From contig NC_009483.1 of assembly GCF_000016745.1 (NCBI RefSeq), positions 390,001-422,000 of the forward strand: 32,000 bases of DNA, written 5' to 3'. A model generated the notes under the pieces. The model did not search any database and was not told the DNA's origin. It saw nothing but the letters and a program-made list of their open reading frames with translations. Of this stretch, positions 1 to 12,046 are shown piece by piece. This DNA comes from Geotalea uraniireducens Rf4 (GTDB lineage: Bacteria; Desulfobacterota; Desulfuromonadia; Geobacterales; Geobacteraceae). The position numbers and the translations under genes were made by a program. Numbering within the stretch: position 1 is the first letter of the stretch; the number at the start of each line of letters is the position of its first letter.

Positions 1-624
1 ATCTTCACTGCGCACCCCTTTTTTCAACTCCTGTGCTGCCAGCTGAATGAAGTGATCCCCGGCGGAATGGCCCAATGTGTCATTGATATTCTTGAGACCG
101 TCAACATCTGCAACCAGGATACTGATCGGAAAGCGCCTGCTTTGTTCCAGCCGGGCCATTTCTTCGCTGAAAAAGCCGCGGTTGTAGAGATTGGTCAATG
201 CATCGTGGTTGCTGACATAGCGGAGCTTATCCTCTGCCAGTTTTTTTTCACGCAGGGACGCAATCAAAGAATTGAAGGCGCCGGAAAATGCGCCGAGAAA
301 ATCCACCTGCTGGTTAAGGTCGCCGGCGGCAATCTGCTGGGTCTGCCAGGTAAGGTGAAGCAGATTGGCATGCAACTGTTTAAACGGCGCGATCAAATGG
401 TTGCGGTGCGGTGGATAGATTTCCAGCTTACCCTCTGAAAGCGCGGCAATGAACGACTGTGCCTCGACAATGGATTGAATCAATGCCGTAATGTTCCGGC
501 ACAATGAATTCAGTGCCGGGTCTGAGAACCCTTCAGCGGGCAGGCTCTCGGGCATCACCCCTTTGAGCATTGCGGCTAAGGTGTCAGTCAGGTATTGTAA
601 AAGCTGCTCGTCATGGAGGTCCAT
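1..624 (-). CDS. Diguanylate cyclase (HAMP-like linker plus GGDEF domain). Only the 5' part is present; the C-terminus lies beyond the window start.
   Basis: Absent from the ORF track because there is no stop in the window. My minus-strand translation from ATG 624-622 reads MDLHDEQLLQYL...QIAAGDLNQQVDFLGAFSGAFNSL...HDALTNLYNRGFFSEEMARLEQSRRFPISILVADVDGLKNINDTLGHSAGDHFIQLAAQELKKGVRSED. The frame stays open to position 1. The ATG lies 1 nt after the V4R stop. Confidence 0.8.
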   Translation of the reverse strand, partial: MDLHDEQLLQYLTDTLAAMLKGVMPESLPAEGFSDPALNSLCRNITALIQSIVEAQSFIAALSEGKLEIYPPHRNHLIAPFKQLHANLLHLTWQTQQIAAGDLNQQVDFLGAFSGAFNSLIASLREKKLAEDKLRYVSNHDALTNLYNRGFFSEEMARLEQSRRFPISILVADVDGLKNINDTLGHSAGDHFIQLAAQELKKGVRSED

Positions 625-625
625 T

Positions 626-1159
626 CTATGCCTTATGTGCCAGGGTGGCGGAGAACCTGCACGTCCTGTTGCCGGTCGTCCAGCAATCGATCTCTTTGAC
701 TGATAATTCCTTGCCGGTATAGGTGTTCAATATTCCGGCCAGGAAGCCTTCGTCATAGCCGCAGAACGTCTCTGCACTCTCTGGTAATCCCGAACAATCG
801 AGGTCCTCCGAGACTGTAAGCACAAGTTCCAGCTTCTCCAGGTCGGCTTTTTCGATACGCAGGATACCGATATTGAGTTCCCTGAGCTTTTCCTGGAGGT
901 TGGCGATAAAGCCGTTAAAGTCGAGGGTTCTGTCCAGGAGATTGTTACAGAACTCGGTTCCTGCCAGTCTGCCGGCTTCGCGCAAAATATCGTTCGCCGT
1001 TTCCACGTTGTAGCGGGCAATCAGTACATCCCGCAACGTATACTGCATCAGGCGATAGACGGCGATGTCGGTGGTGTGTCCGAGATTCGGGCGGCCCAGA
1101 TCTATGTTGCCGAGGTCTTTCCACTTGAACCTGCAAGCCTGCTGTCCGTTGTTGAGCAT
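626..1159 (-). CDS. V4R (4-vinyl reductase-like) domain protein
   Basis: ORF 626..1171. The C-terminal half (CGYDEGFLAGILNTYTGKELSVKEIDCWTTGNRTCRF) is typical of V4R small-ligand-binding domains. I prefer ATG 1159 (MLNNGQQ...) because GGGAGGG sits 3 nt upstream. ATG 1171 has no Shine-Dalgarno (SD) sequence. Confidence 0.75.
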   Translation of the reverse strand: MLNNGQQACRFKWKDLGNIDLGRPNLGHTTDIAVYRLMQYTLRDVLIARYNVETANDILREAGRLAGTEFCNNLLDRTLDFNGFIANLQEKLRELNIGILRIEKADLEKLELVLTVSEDLDCSGLPESAETFCGYDEGFLAGILNTYTGKELSVKEIDCWTTGNRTCRFSATLAHKA

Positions 1160-1189
1160 GTTCCCTCCCATGGCAGGTTTGTCCGTACA

Positions 1190-2491
1190 TCAATTGTTGC
1201 CCCTGCTGAACGGGCAACGCCGCTTTATAATGTGCTCGCGAATCTCTTCCTCGAACAGCCGCAACAGCCCCTCAACCGGCCCCATGGCGCCTGGCGCCAG
1301 GGCGCAGAAAGCGAGATTGAGGTATTTCACGTGCTCACGGAGGATGTCGATGTCTTCCGTTTCTCCCTTGCCCGCTTCGAGCCTGGCCAGGACATCCACC
1401 ACGAAGGGGAGCCCTTCGCGACAGGGGGTGCACCAGCCGCACGACTCGCGGGCGTAGAATTTGACCAGGTTCAGGGTTGCGCCGACCAGACAGGTCTCTT
1501 CGTCGAAGACGATGATCCCCCCGGTTCCGAGGCGCGAACCGGCCTTGGCCACGGTGTCGAAGTCCATCGGCACGCCACGGTGCTCTTCCGTGAAGAAGGG
1601 GGTCGACGCTCCGCCCGGGATGCAGGCCTTGAAACGCTTTCCCGGCAGCATGCCGCCGCACGGGCCGTCGATAATGTCGCCAAGGGGCATTCCCAGCGGC
1701 AGTTCCATGCAAACCGTATTCTGCACGTGGCCGCTGATACAGAACAGCTTGGTTCCCGCAGCCTCGGGGATTTTTGCCAGCCCTTTGAACCAGGCCGGGC
1801 CGTTGGCAATGATGTACGGGATGTTGGCAAGAGTTTCCACGTTGTTCACTACCGTCGGTCCTCCCCAAAGTCCTTTGACCGCCGGGAAGGGGGGTTTGGA
1901 GCGGGGATTGGCCCGCTTTCCCTCCAATGCATTCATGAGGGCCGTCTCTTCGCCGCAGATGTAGCGGCCGGCCGAGACGTGCAGATCGATGTCGCAGGAA
2001 AAGCCGCTGCCGAGAATGTTGTCGCCGATTAACCCGGCCCCCTTCGCCTCGGCGATGGCCCGCCGGACGTTTCCTGCCGCCGTCTCATAGCCGCGCCGGA
2101 TGAAGATGAAGGCGTGGCTGACGCCGATGGCGTAGCAGGCGAGGATTATCCCCTCCACCAGCGACCAGGGGTTCGCCTCCAGAAGGACCCGGTCCTTGTA
2201 AGTCCCCGGTTCCATCTCGTCGCAGTTGCAGATCAGCCAGCGCGGCCCTGGCAGGTCGCGGGGGACGAAGGACCACTTTTTGCCAGTCGGAAAGCCGGCG
2301 CCGCCGCGACCGCGCAGGTTGGCATCAATCACCAGTTGCTGCACGTCATTGGGCGAGAGCTCCTTGAGCGCCTTTTTCAGGGCGTCAAATCCCCCTTCAC
2401 CGCAATATTCGGTGAAGGTGACCGCCCGGCCGGGCCGGTTATGTTGGAAGAGGACCTGTTCCATGATTACCTGGCGGTAAAGTCCCGGCAT
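1190..2491 (-). CDS. nuoF: NADH-quinone oxidoreductase subunit F (51 kDa, FMN/NADH-binding, 4Fe-4S)
   Basis: 433 aa. Motifs seen: LRGRGGAGFPTGKKWSF, GEETALMNALEG and ESCGWCTPCREG. The start may instead be ATG 2464 (MEQVLFQ...). Confidence 0.9.
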   Translation of the reverse strand: MPGLYRQVIMEQVLFQHNRPGRAVTFTEYCGEGGFDALKKALKELSPNDVQQLVIDANLRGRGGAGFPTGKKWSFVPRDLPGPRWLICNCDEMEPGTYKDRVLLEANPWSLVEGIILACYAIGVSHAFIFIRRGYETAAGNVRRAIAEAKGAGLIGDNILGSGFSCDIDLHVSAGRYICGEETALMNALEGKRANPRSKPPFPAVKGLWGGPTVVNNVETLANIPYIIANGPAWFKGLAKIPEAAGTKLFCISGHVQNTVCMELPLGMPLGDIIDGPCGGMLPGKRFKACIPGGASTPFFTEEHRGVPMDFDTVAKAGSRLGTGGIIVFDEETCLVGATLNLVKFYARESCGWCTPCREGLPFVVDVLARLEAGKGETEDIDILREHVKYLNLAFCALAPGAMGPVEGLLRLFEEEIREHIIKRRCPFSRGNN

Positions 2492-2500
2492 GCCGTGACC

Positions 2501-2839
2501 CTACTCCAGCATCTCCTTTAATACCACGGCGTTGTTGTGCTCCGTATCCCTGGCTGCAAAGAGAAGGGTGATGGTCCCTTTTTTCGCCTCGGCACGGAGC
2601 TTTGCCAGAAGGTCTGCCTTGGCCTGCAATTCTTCCTTGTAGCGGGCCTTGAACTCATCCCACCTGGCAGGGTCGTGTCCGAACCATGTGCGCAACTCCG
2701 TGCTCGGCGCCAGTTCCTTGATCCAGTCATCGATACGTGCGGCTTCCTTTGTCATACCCCGCGGCCAGAGACGGTCTGTCAGCAGCCGCCGGCCGTCGCC
2801 CGGCTCCGGCGGGTCGTACATCCTTTTTATCCTGACCAT
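2501..2839 (-). CDS. DUF488 family protein (YeaO-like)
   Basis: 112 aa. MVRIKRMYDPPEPGDGRRLLTDRLWPRGMTKE...WIKELAPSTELRTWF...LLFAARDTEHNNAVVLKEML aligns along its full length with my memory of E. coli YeaO. Confidence 0.8.
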   Translation of the reverse strand: MVRIKRMYDPPEPGDGRRLLTDRLWPRGMTKEAARIDDWIKELAPSTELRTWFGHDPARWDEFKARYKEELQAKADLLAKLRAEAKKGTITLLFAARDTEHNNAVVLKEMLE

Positions 2840-2864
2840 ACCCTGCTCCAGCGAAGAGAGTCAA

Positions 2865-2886
2865 GGGGGCAGCCCATGCCGCCCCC
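2865..2886 (-). terminator. GC-rich hairpin after the cytochrome c stop (weak terminator or attenuator candidate)
   Basis: The minus-strand RNA reads GGGGGCGGCAUGGGCUGCCCCC, followed by UUGACUCUCUUC. The stem is 6+2 bp with one mismatch. The U-tract is poor. Confidence 0.3.
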
Positions 2887-2895
2887 GTTTGCGAT

Positions 2896-3228
2896 CTACT
2901 TGAACGTCTTCAGGATGTAATTGGCGATCGCCTTTGCTTCCTTGTCGGAGATGGTCTTCTTGTCGAACTTGTTCATCCCCGGGCCAGGATTGCGCATCTT
3001 GGCGATGATGTCCCTGGCGGTCTTTACGCCGTTGGCTTCCCGTTCCTTCTTGTGCAGGGGCTTGGCCGGGTTGATGATGTTGCCTCCGTTTGCGTGGCAG
3101 GCAGTGCAGTGCTCTTCGAATTCCTTTTTGCCGTCGATTTTCTCCCCCTTCTTGGTGTCCGCGAAACAGGCGGTGGAGAATGCTGCCAGGGCGAAAAGGG
3201 AAAAGGCAGCTATCCGGGCTTTTTTCAT
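2896..3228 (-). CDS. Periplasmic mono-haem class I c-type cytochrome
   Basis: Single CxxCH (CTACH), a signal peptide (MKKARIAAFSLFALAAFSTACFA), and a distal Met candidate (PGPGMNKF). Start set at ATG 3228 because AAGGAGGAAAACAA precedes it. The ORF-track start at 3258 has no SD. Confidence 0.85.
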   Translation of the reverse strand: MKKARIAAFSLFALAAFSTACFADTKKGEKIDGKKEFEEHCTACHANGGNIINPAKPLHKKEREANGVKTARDIIAKMRNPGPGMNKFDKKTISDKEAKAIANYILKTFK

Positions 3229-3298
3229 TTGTTTTCCTCCTTTTTGGTAGGGGCGCATGGCATGCGCCCTGTTGGAACAGCAATGCAGATTGGGTAAA

Positions 3299-3317
3299 GG
3301 GCGAACGCCGTTCGCCC
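3299..3317 (-). terminator. Stem-loop abutting the nuoE stop codon (partial terminator or stabiliser candidate)
   Basis: The minus-strand RNA reads UAG-GGGCGAAC-GGC-GUUCGCCC-UUUACCCAAU. The stem is 8 bp and GC-rich, the loop is 3 nt, and the U run is short. nuoF lies downstream, so termination cannot be complete. Confidence 0.35.
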
Positions 3318-3791
3318 CTACAGTGTCTTTTTCTCCTGCGCCAGAATCTCTTCCAGCTTCTCTGCCGTCAGCCGGCCATAGAGGGTGTCACCGATCATCA
3401 TGGCCGGCCCATCGCCGCAGTTCCCCAGGCAGCAGCAGGGGAGCAGGGTGAACATTCCGTCTTTGGTGGTCTCTCCAGGCTCGATACCGAGGTGCCGGGC
3501 AAGCTGAGCCATCATGTGTTCCCCCCCGACCGCCCAGCAGGAGATGGAGTCGCAGGCATGGATAACCCGCCTCCCCACAGGTCTGCGGTAAATCATCTCG
3601 TAGAAGGTGGCAAGCTCTTCAACCTGGAGGGTTGAGAGACCCAGCAATGCAGCGGCTTCCTCAACCGCCTCATCGGTCAGCCAGCCGTAATGCCTTTGCA
3701 GCTCCTTCATCACATCCACCGCCGCTTCGCGGGAGGTGACGGCTGCTGCGATGCGGGTTCGCAATTCTTGTCGCAGATCGTCAGTCAGCAT
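3318..3791 (-). CDS. nuoE: NADH-quinone oxidoreductase subunit E (24 kDa, 2Fe-2S)
   Basis: Conserved NuoE core: ...LQRHYGWLTDEAV...ATFYEMIYRRPVGRRVIHACDSISCW...LLPCCCLGNCGDGPAMMIGD. The true start is taken as ATG 3791 (MLTDDLRQEL). The 40 aa the ORF caller adds upstream are translation of the heptamer repeat. Confidence 0.88.
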   Translation of the reverse strand: MLTDDLRQELRTRIAAAVTSREAAVDVMKELQRHYGWLTDEAVEEAAALLGLSTLQVEELATFYEMIYRRPVGRRVIHACDSISCWAVGGEHMMAQLARHLGIEPGETTKDGMFTLLPCCCLGNCGDGPAMMIGDTLYGRLTAEKLEEILAQEKKTL

Positions 3792-3800
3792 TTGATTCTC

Positions 3801-3899
3801 GTTCGAAGTTTGAAGTTCGAAGTTTGAAGTTCGATGTTCGAAGTTCGAAGTTCGAAGTTCGAAGTAATAACATCGAACCTCGAACTTAGAACATTGAAC
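3801..3899 (-). repeat. Inverted array of GTTCGAA heptamers (9 forward units, AT loop, 4 inverted units) filling the nuoBCD-nuoE spacer
   Basis: Read directly. Positions 3801-3863 are gttcgaa gtttgaa gttcgaa gtttgaa gttcgat followed by gttcgaa x4. The loop is gtaataac (3864-3871). Positions 3872-3899 are atcgaac ctcgaac ttagaac attgaac. Confidence 0.9.
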
Positions 3900-3907
3900 T
3901 TGCGTTT

Positions 3908-6771
<2,864 letters not shown>

Positions 6772-6813
6772 GGTGGCCTTGTAACAATAGTGTTTGAATG
6801 GGAAAGCATTTCA

Positions 6814-6841
6814 ATGGTAGCGCAATAACCGCGCATGTCAA
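6814..6841 (-). promoter_or_regulatory. Sigma70-like promoter candidate for the nuoA operon
   Basis: The minus strand reads TTGACA-N16-TACCAT, about 45 nt upstream of the nuoA ATG. Confidence 0.4.
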
Positions 6842-6876
6842 CGGCTCGGACGGGTTTCACGGCGCTAAAACAGAGT

Positions 6877-7329
6877 TCAGAGCGCGTTTTGTCTGAACCA
6901 GGCGAGAACGGCCCGTTTTTCCTGCGCCCCGCTCAGTGTGGCCAGCACTGTTCCCTTCTTCAGGATGAGCAGGGCCGGGATGCTGCGGATGCCAAACCTG
7001 TTTGACAGAAGGGGGTTTTCCTCGGTATTGACCTGTACGACTGCTGCCTTGCCGGCAAGCTCTCTGGCAATTTCACGCACCGCCGGTGCGAAGTTTCGGC
7101 AGTGCGGTCACCAGGGAGCCCAGAACTCGGCGAGAACCGGGCCCGGGTAGCGGGAAACGAAGGAATCGAAGCTTCTGTCGGTCAGTTCTACCGGCTGAAG
7201 GTAAAGAGGGGGGAGCGATGCACGGCAATTGCCGCATTTGCCCGATTGGCCTTCTTTGGTGGAGGGTATGCGGTTGGCTGCGCCGCAGGCGGGGCAGCCA
7301 ACCAGATAGGTGGAAGCGGCTTCGTTCAT
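6877..7329 (-). CDS. trxC: Thioredoxin 2 (TrxC-like, N-terminal Zn-finger) with an in-frame TGA at the first active-site Cys. Candidate selenoprotein (U-P-H-C); alternatively a nonsense pseudogene.
   Basis: ORFs 7108..7329 and 6877..7080 share one frame. They are separated by TGA (7110-7108) plus 9 sense codons. The joined product reads ...CPACGAANRIP...CGNC...VLAEFWAPW-U-PHCRNFAPAVREIA...VNTEENPLLSNRFGIRSIPALLILKKG... and matches E. coli Trx2 (FWAPWCGPCRNFAP...RFGIRSIP). GGAGG lies 7 nt before ATG 7329. Confidence 0.65.
7076..7106 (-). promoter_or_regulatory. Candidate bacterial SECIS stem-loop immediately 3' of the in-frame UGA
   Basis: The mRNA reads UGA-C-CGCACUGCCG-AAACUUCGCAC-CGGCGGUGCG. 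The stem is 10 bp (9 Watson-Crick plus 1 G-U), starts 1 nt after the UGA, and closes an 11-nt loop. The loop lacks the G usually seen at its 5' side, so this needs a proper SECIS model. Confidence 0.45.
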
Positions 7330-7380
7330 GATTCATCCTCCATGCGATTGGGCGGACAAAACGACTCGAAAACCTGGGTA

Positions 7381-7413
7381 CGCCGCCTCCGCAAGACTTT
7401 TCCGGCGGCGGCG
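7381..7413 (-). terminator. Hairpin after gcvPB (terminator or attenuator candidate)
   Basis: The minus-strand RNA reads CGCCGCCGCCG-GAAAAGUCUUG-CGGAGGCGGCG. The stem is 11 bp with one mismatch. U runs (UUUUCGAGUCGUUUUG) begin 8 nt downstream. Confidence 0.35.
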
Positions 7414-7428
7414 TCATTTAGCCGATGA

Positions 7429-8870
<1,442 letters not shown>

Positions 8871-8874
<4 letters not shown>

Positions 8875-10199
8875 AACGCCCCCTCCAGCTCTTTTGCCAA
8901 AGCGTCTATCTCGTCCCTGGTCCGTTTCTCCGTCACCGTTACCACCAGGCAGTTGTCCATTCCGTGGTAGTAGGCGCCGAGCGGCACGCCGGCTGCAACC
9001 CCTTTGCCGAGGAGCCTTTCTGCGACTTCTGCGGCGTCTTTGGGGAGAACAATGGTGAACTCGTTGAAGGTCGGTGCCGTGTTGAGGAGTTTGACACCCT
9101 TGATCGAGCCGAGGAGCCCCTTGGCATATTCCGCCTTGTCGCGGTTGAGGCGGGCCAGATCAACCAGCCCCTCCTTGCCGACGCTGGCAAGGAAGATCAT
9201 GCCGCGCAGGGCGCAGAGGCTCTGGTTGCTGCAGATGTTGGAGGTCGCCTTGTGTCTTTTTATGTGCTGCTCGCGGGCCTGGAGGGTGAGGACGAAGCCG
9301 CGCCGGCCGCTCTTGTCCACGGTCTCGCCGATGATCCTGCCGGGAAGGTTGCGGATGTATTTCTTGGTCGTGGCGATAAAGCCGAAGGACGGGCCGCCGA
9401 AAGAGAGCGGGTTCCCCAGGCTCTGGCCGTCGCCGACGACGATATCGGCCCCCATGGCGCCGGGGCTTTTCACCAGCCCGAGGCTGATCGGATAGACCGA
9501 TGCGATGAGGAGCGCGCCGTTGGCATGGGCGGTCAGGGCGATGTCGCTCAGGTCCTCTACCGAGCCGAAGAAGTTGGGGTTTTGCAGGATAACCGCGGCG
9601 GTCAGGTCGGTCAGGGCGGCGGTAAGGGCCGGCCGGTCGGCCAGGCCGTCCCGTGCGGGAATCTCGACTATCTCCACCCCCAGGTTCGTCAGGTAGGTCC
9701 TGACGATTTCACGGCTGAACGGATTGACCGAGCCGTCGATCACCAGCCGGTTCCGACCGGTGACGCGCAGGGCCATCATCGCCGCCTCGGCCAGGGCAGT
9801 ACCGCCATCGTAAAGGGAGGCGTTGCTGACTTCCATGCCGGTCAGCCGGCAGATGGCGGTCTGGTACTCGAAGAGCGCCTGGAGGGTCCCCTGGGAACAT
9901 TCCGGCTGATAGGGGGTGTAGGCGGTATAGAACTCGGCGCGGCCGGAAAGGTGATCCACCACCGCCGGGATATAATGGTCGTAATAGCCGCCGCCGATAA
10001 AGCCGGTTACCGGTCGGTCGGTTCCGGCCAGTTGTTTCATCTGTCGGAGCAGTTCCTGCTCGGACGTGCCGTCGGGCAGGGCGAACGACCGGGCCCTTAG
10101 CCCTGCCGGAATCGGCGCGAACAGCGCATCGACACTCGCCACGCCAATGGCGGCAAGCATTTCCCGGATATCCTCCGGAGTATTGGGACAGTAGCTCAT
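8871..10199 (-). CDS. gcvPA: Glycine dehydrogenase (decarboxylating) subunit 1
   Basis: 442 aa. Typical GcvPA sequence: [24 protein letters not shown]...[18 protein letters not shown]. The start overlaps the gcvH stop (TAATG). Confidence 0.93.
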
Positions 10200-10576
10200 T
10201 ATTCCAGCCCTTTCAGGTACTCGTCGTATTCCGCTTTGCTCAGCAGATTTTTTACTTCGGATATGTCGGACGGCTCAAGCCAGGCTATCCAGCCTGCGTC
10301 CTCGGCAGCTTCGTTGACGATCTCGGGGGTGTCGTTGAGCGCCTCATTCACTTTTGTCACCTTGCCCGAAAGCGGGGCGTAGATGTCGCTCGCCGCCTTT
10401 ACCGACTCGATGCCGGCCAGAACCTCGAACTGCTTGACCGTCTTGCCCACCTGCGGAAGTTCGACAAAGGTGATGTCCCCCAGTTCGTGGGCCGCATGTT
10501 CGCTGATGCCGATGCTGGCGACCCCGTCCTTGATCTTTACCCACTCGTGTTCCTTGGTGAAATAGGTTTCCGTCAT
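10199..10576 (-). CDS. gcvH: Glycine cleavage system H protein (lipoyl carrier)
   Basis: 125 aa. Lipoyl-lysine motif context: [28 protein letters not shown]. Confidence 0.93.
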   Translation of the reverse strand: MTETYFTKEHEWVKIKDGVASIGISEHAAHELGDITFVELPQVGKTVKQFEVLAGIESVKAASDIYAPLSGKVTKVNEALNDTPEIVNEAAEDAGWIAWLEPSDISEVKNLLSKAEYDEYLKGLE

Positions 10577-10639
10577 GATGTTCCCTCCCGATTTTGAATT
10601 TGAAAAAAGATAGATATGAAATGCAAAAAGCCTTTACGC

Positions 10640-11731
10640 CTACGATCGTAGCGATCCGCCCTTGTAGAAGGGGAGTTCCACAACGGTTGCCTCCATGCTG
10701 ACATTGTCGTGCCTGATGGTGAGGGGCGCGCCGACAGTCGCCACTGCCGGTTTGACGAAGCCGATACCTACGCCGCAGCCGAGCATGGGCGAAAAGACCC
10801 CGCTGGTCACCGTGCCGACGGCTGCCCCCTCGGAGCATATCTCGTAATGGTGGCGCGGTGCACGGCGCGAACTCACCTGAAACGCTGCCTTGGCTTTTGT
10901 CAGACCAGTCTGTTGCTGCTTCAGCAGAGCCTCGCGACCGACGAATTGCTTGTCGAAGTTGACGAATGCGCCGAGGCCCGCTTCCAGTGGCGTGGTGACT
11001 TCGTCGATGTCGCTGCCGTAAAGACTGTACCCCACCTCCAGTCGCAGCACGTCCCGAGCGCCGAGCCCGGCCGGTTTTACCCGTTCGTCGCCGAGGAGCA
11101 GGTCCCACAGCTCGACAACCTTCTGTGCCGGCAGGAATATTTCGTAGCCCAACTCGCCGGTGTAGCCGGTGCGGCTGACAATTGCCTCGACGCCGAGGAT
11201 GTTCATCCTGATGAATTTAAAGTAAGGGATTTTGCCGATTTCCGGGCCGAAGGCCTGTACCAGCACGTCGCGGGAGAGCGGTCCCTGAATGTCCAGCTTG
11301 CCGGTGTCGGCCGACGTGTTGGAAAAGACCCCACCCGGTTTGAGGCGCGATTGAATCACGCTAAAGTCGTTGTCGATGGTGGCTGCGTTGACGACGATCA
11401 TCACCGCGTCCTCTGCGAGACGGAAGACGATCAGGTCGTCGATGATGCCGCCGTTTTCGTTGAGGAGGAAGCCGTAACGGGAGCGCCCCACCGGTATGGA
11501 TTTGACGGAGAATGTGAAGACGTTTTCGAGGCCGCTTGCCTCGATGTCTCCCTGGAAAAGGAATTCCCCCATGTGGCAGATGTCGAACAGGCTGGCCTTT
11601 TGCCGGCACCATTTGTGCTCGGCGATGATTCCTTCGTACTGGATCGGCATGTTCCAGCCGCCAAACGGTGCAAGTAGTGCCTTCATTTGCTGGTGCCGTG
11701 ATAAAAGAGGCGTATTCTTGAGAGATTCCAT
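10640..11731 (-). CDS. gcvT: Glycine cleavage system aminomethyltransferase T
   Basis: 363 aa. First gene of the gcv operon. Sequence includes GGWNMPIQYEG...HKWCRQKASLFDICHMGEF...RTGYTGELGYEIF. Confidence 0.93.
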   Translation of the reverse strand: MESLKNTPLLSRHQQMKALLAPFGGWNMPIQYEGIIAEHKWCRQKASLFDICHMGEFLFQGDIEASGLENVFTFSVKSIPVGRSRYGFLLNENGGIIDDLIVFRLAEDAVMIVVNAATIDNDFSVIQSRLKPGGVFSNTSADTGKLDIQGPLSRDVLVQAFGPEIGKIPYFKFIRMNILGVEAIVSRTGYTGELGYEIFLPAQKVVELWDLLLGDERVKPAGLGARDVLRLEVGYSLYGSDIDEVTTPLEAGLGAFVNFDKQFVGREALLKQQQTGLTKAKAAFQVSSRRAPRHHYEICSEGAAVGTVTSGVFSPMLGCGVGIGFVKPAVATVGAPLTIRHDNVSMEATVVELPFYKGGSLRS

Positions 11732-11917
11732 GATTTTCTCCGTGAGAGGAAATTGAAAAAATGGCGCCTAAATTTAAAGAATTTATTTCATTTTGTAAAC
11801 AGGTTTCTGGTGGATTTCACATCCTTGTTGACAGCCGTCCGTGGTATCCACAGATCGCCGCAGGCAAAGCCGGAACCAAAATATTTTATTTCACGCACCA
11901 AAAGTAGGCGCTTTTAA

Positions 11918-11992
11918 GCGACGACGCAACGACACAACGTTTTAAAACCATGAACCAATAATTTGTTTAAAAGCATTTCGTTGCGTCGTCGC
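11918..11992. repeat. Perfect 15-bp inverted repeat (GCGACGACGCAACGA / TCGTTGCGTCGTCGC) around a 45-nt AT-rich loop
   Basis: Read directly. The arms are built from GACGCAAC-like octamers, and the right arm carries an extra partial copy (to 12003). It lies between the deaminase stop and the gcvT upstream region. Confidence 0.8.
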
Positions 11993-12046
11993 GTCGTTGC
12001 GTGAGACATGTCTTGCTTGAACATTTTGCTCACACATTGTAACGAC

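Noticed and set aside
11732-11913. Glycine riboswitch upstream of gcvT.
   Set aside because: I read the minus strand for the conserved GGAGAG...CACCG...GGGGCAA / CUCAGGCAAAAGGAC-type cores and found none. Only a weak TTTACA-N16-TTAAAT promoter-like match and an SD were seen. An Infernal scan would be the decisive check.
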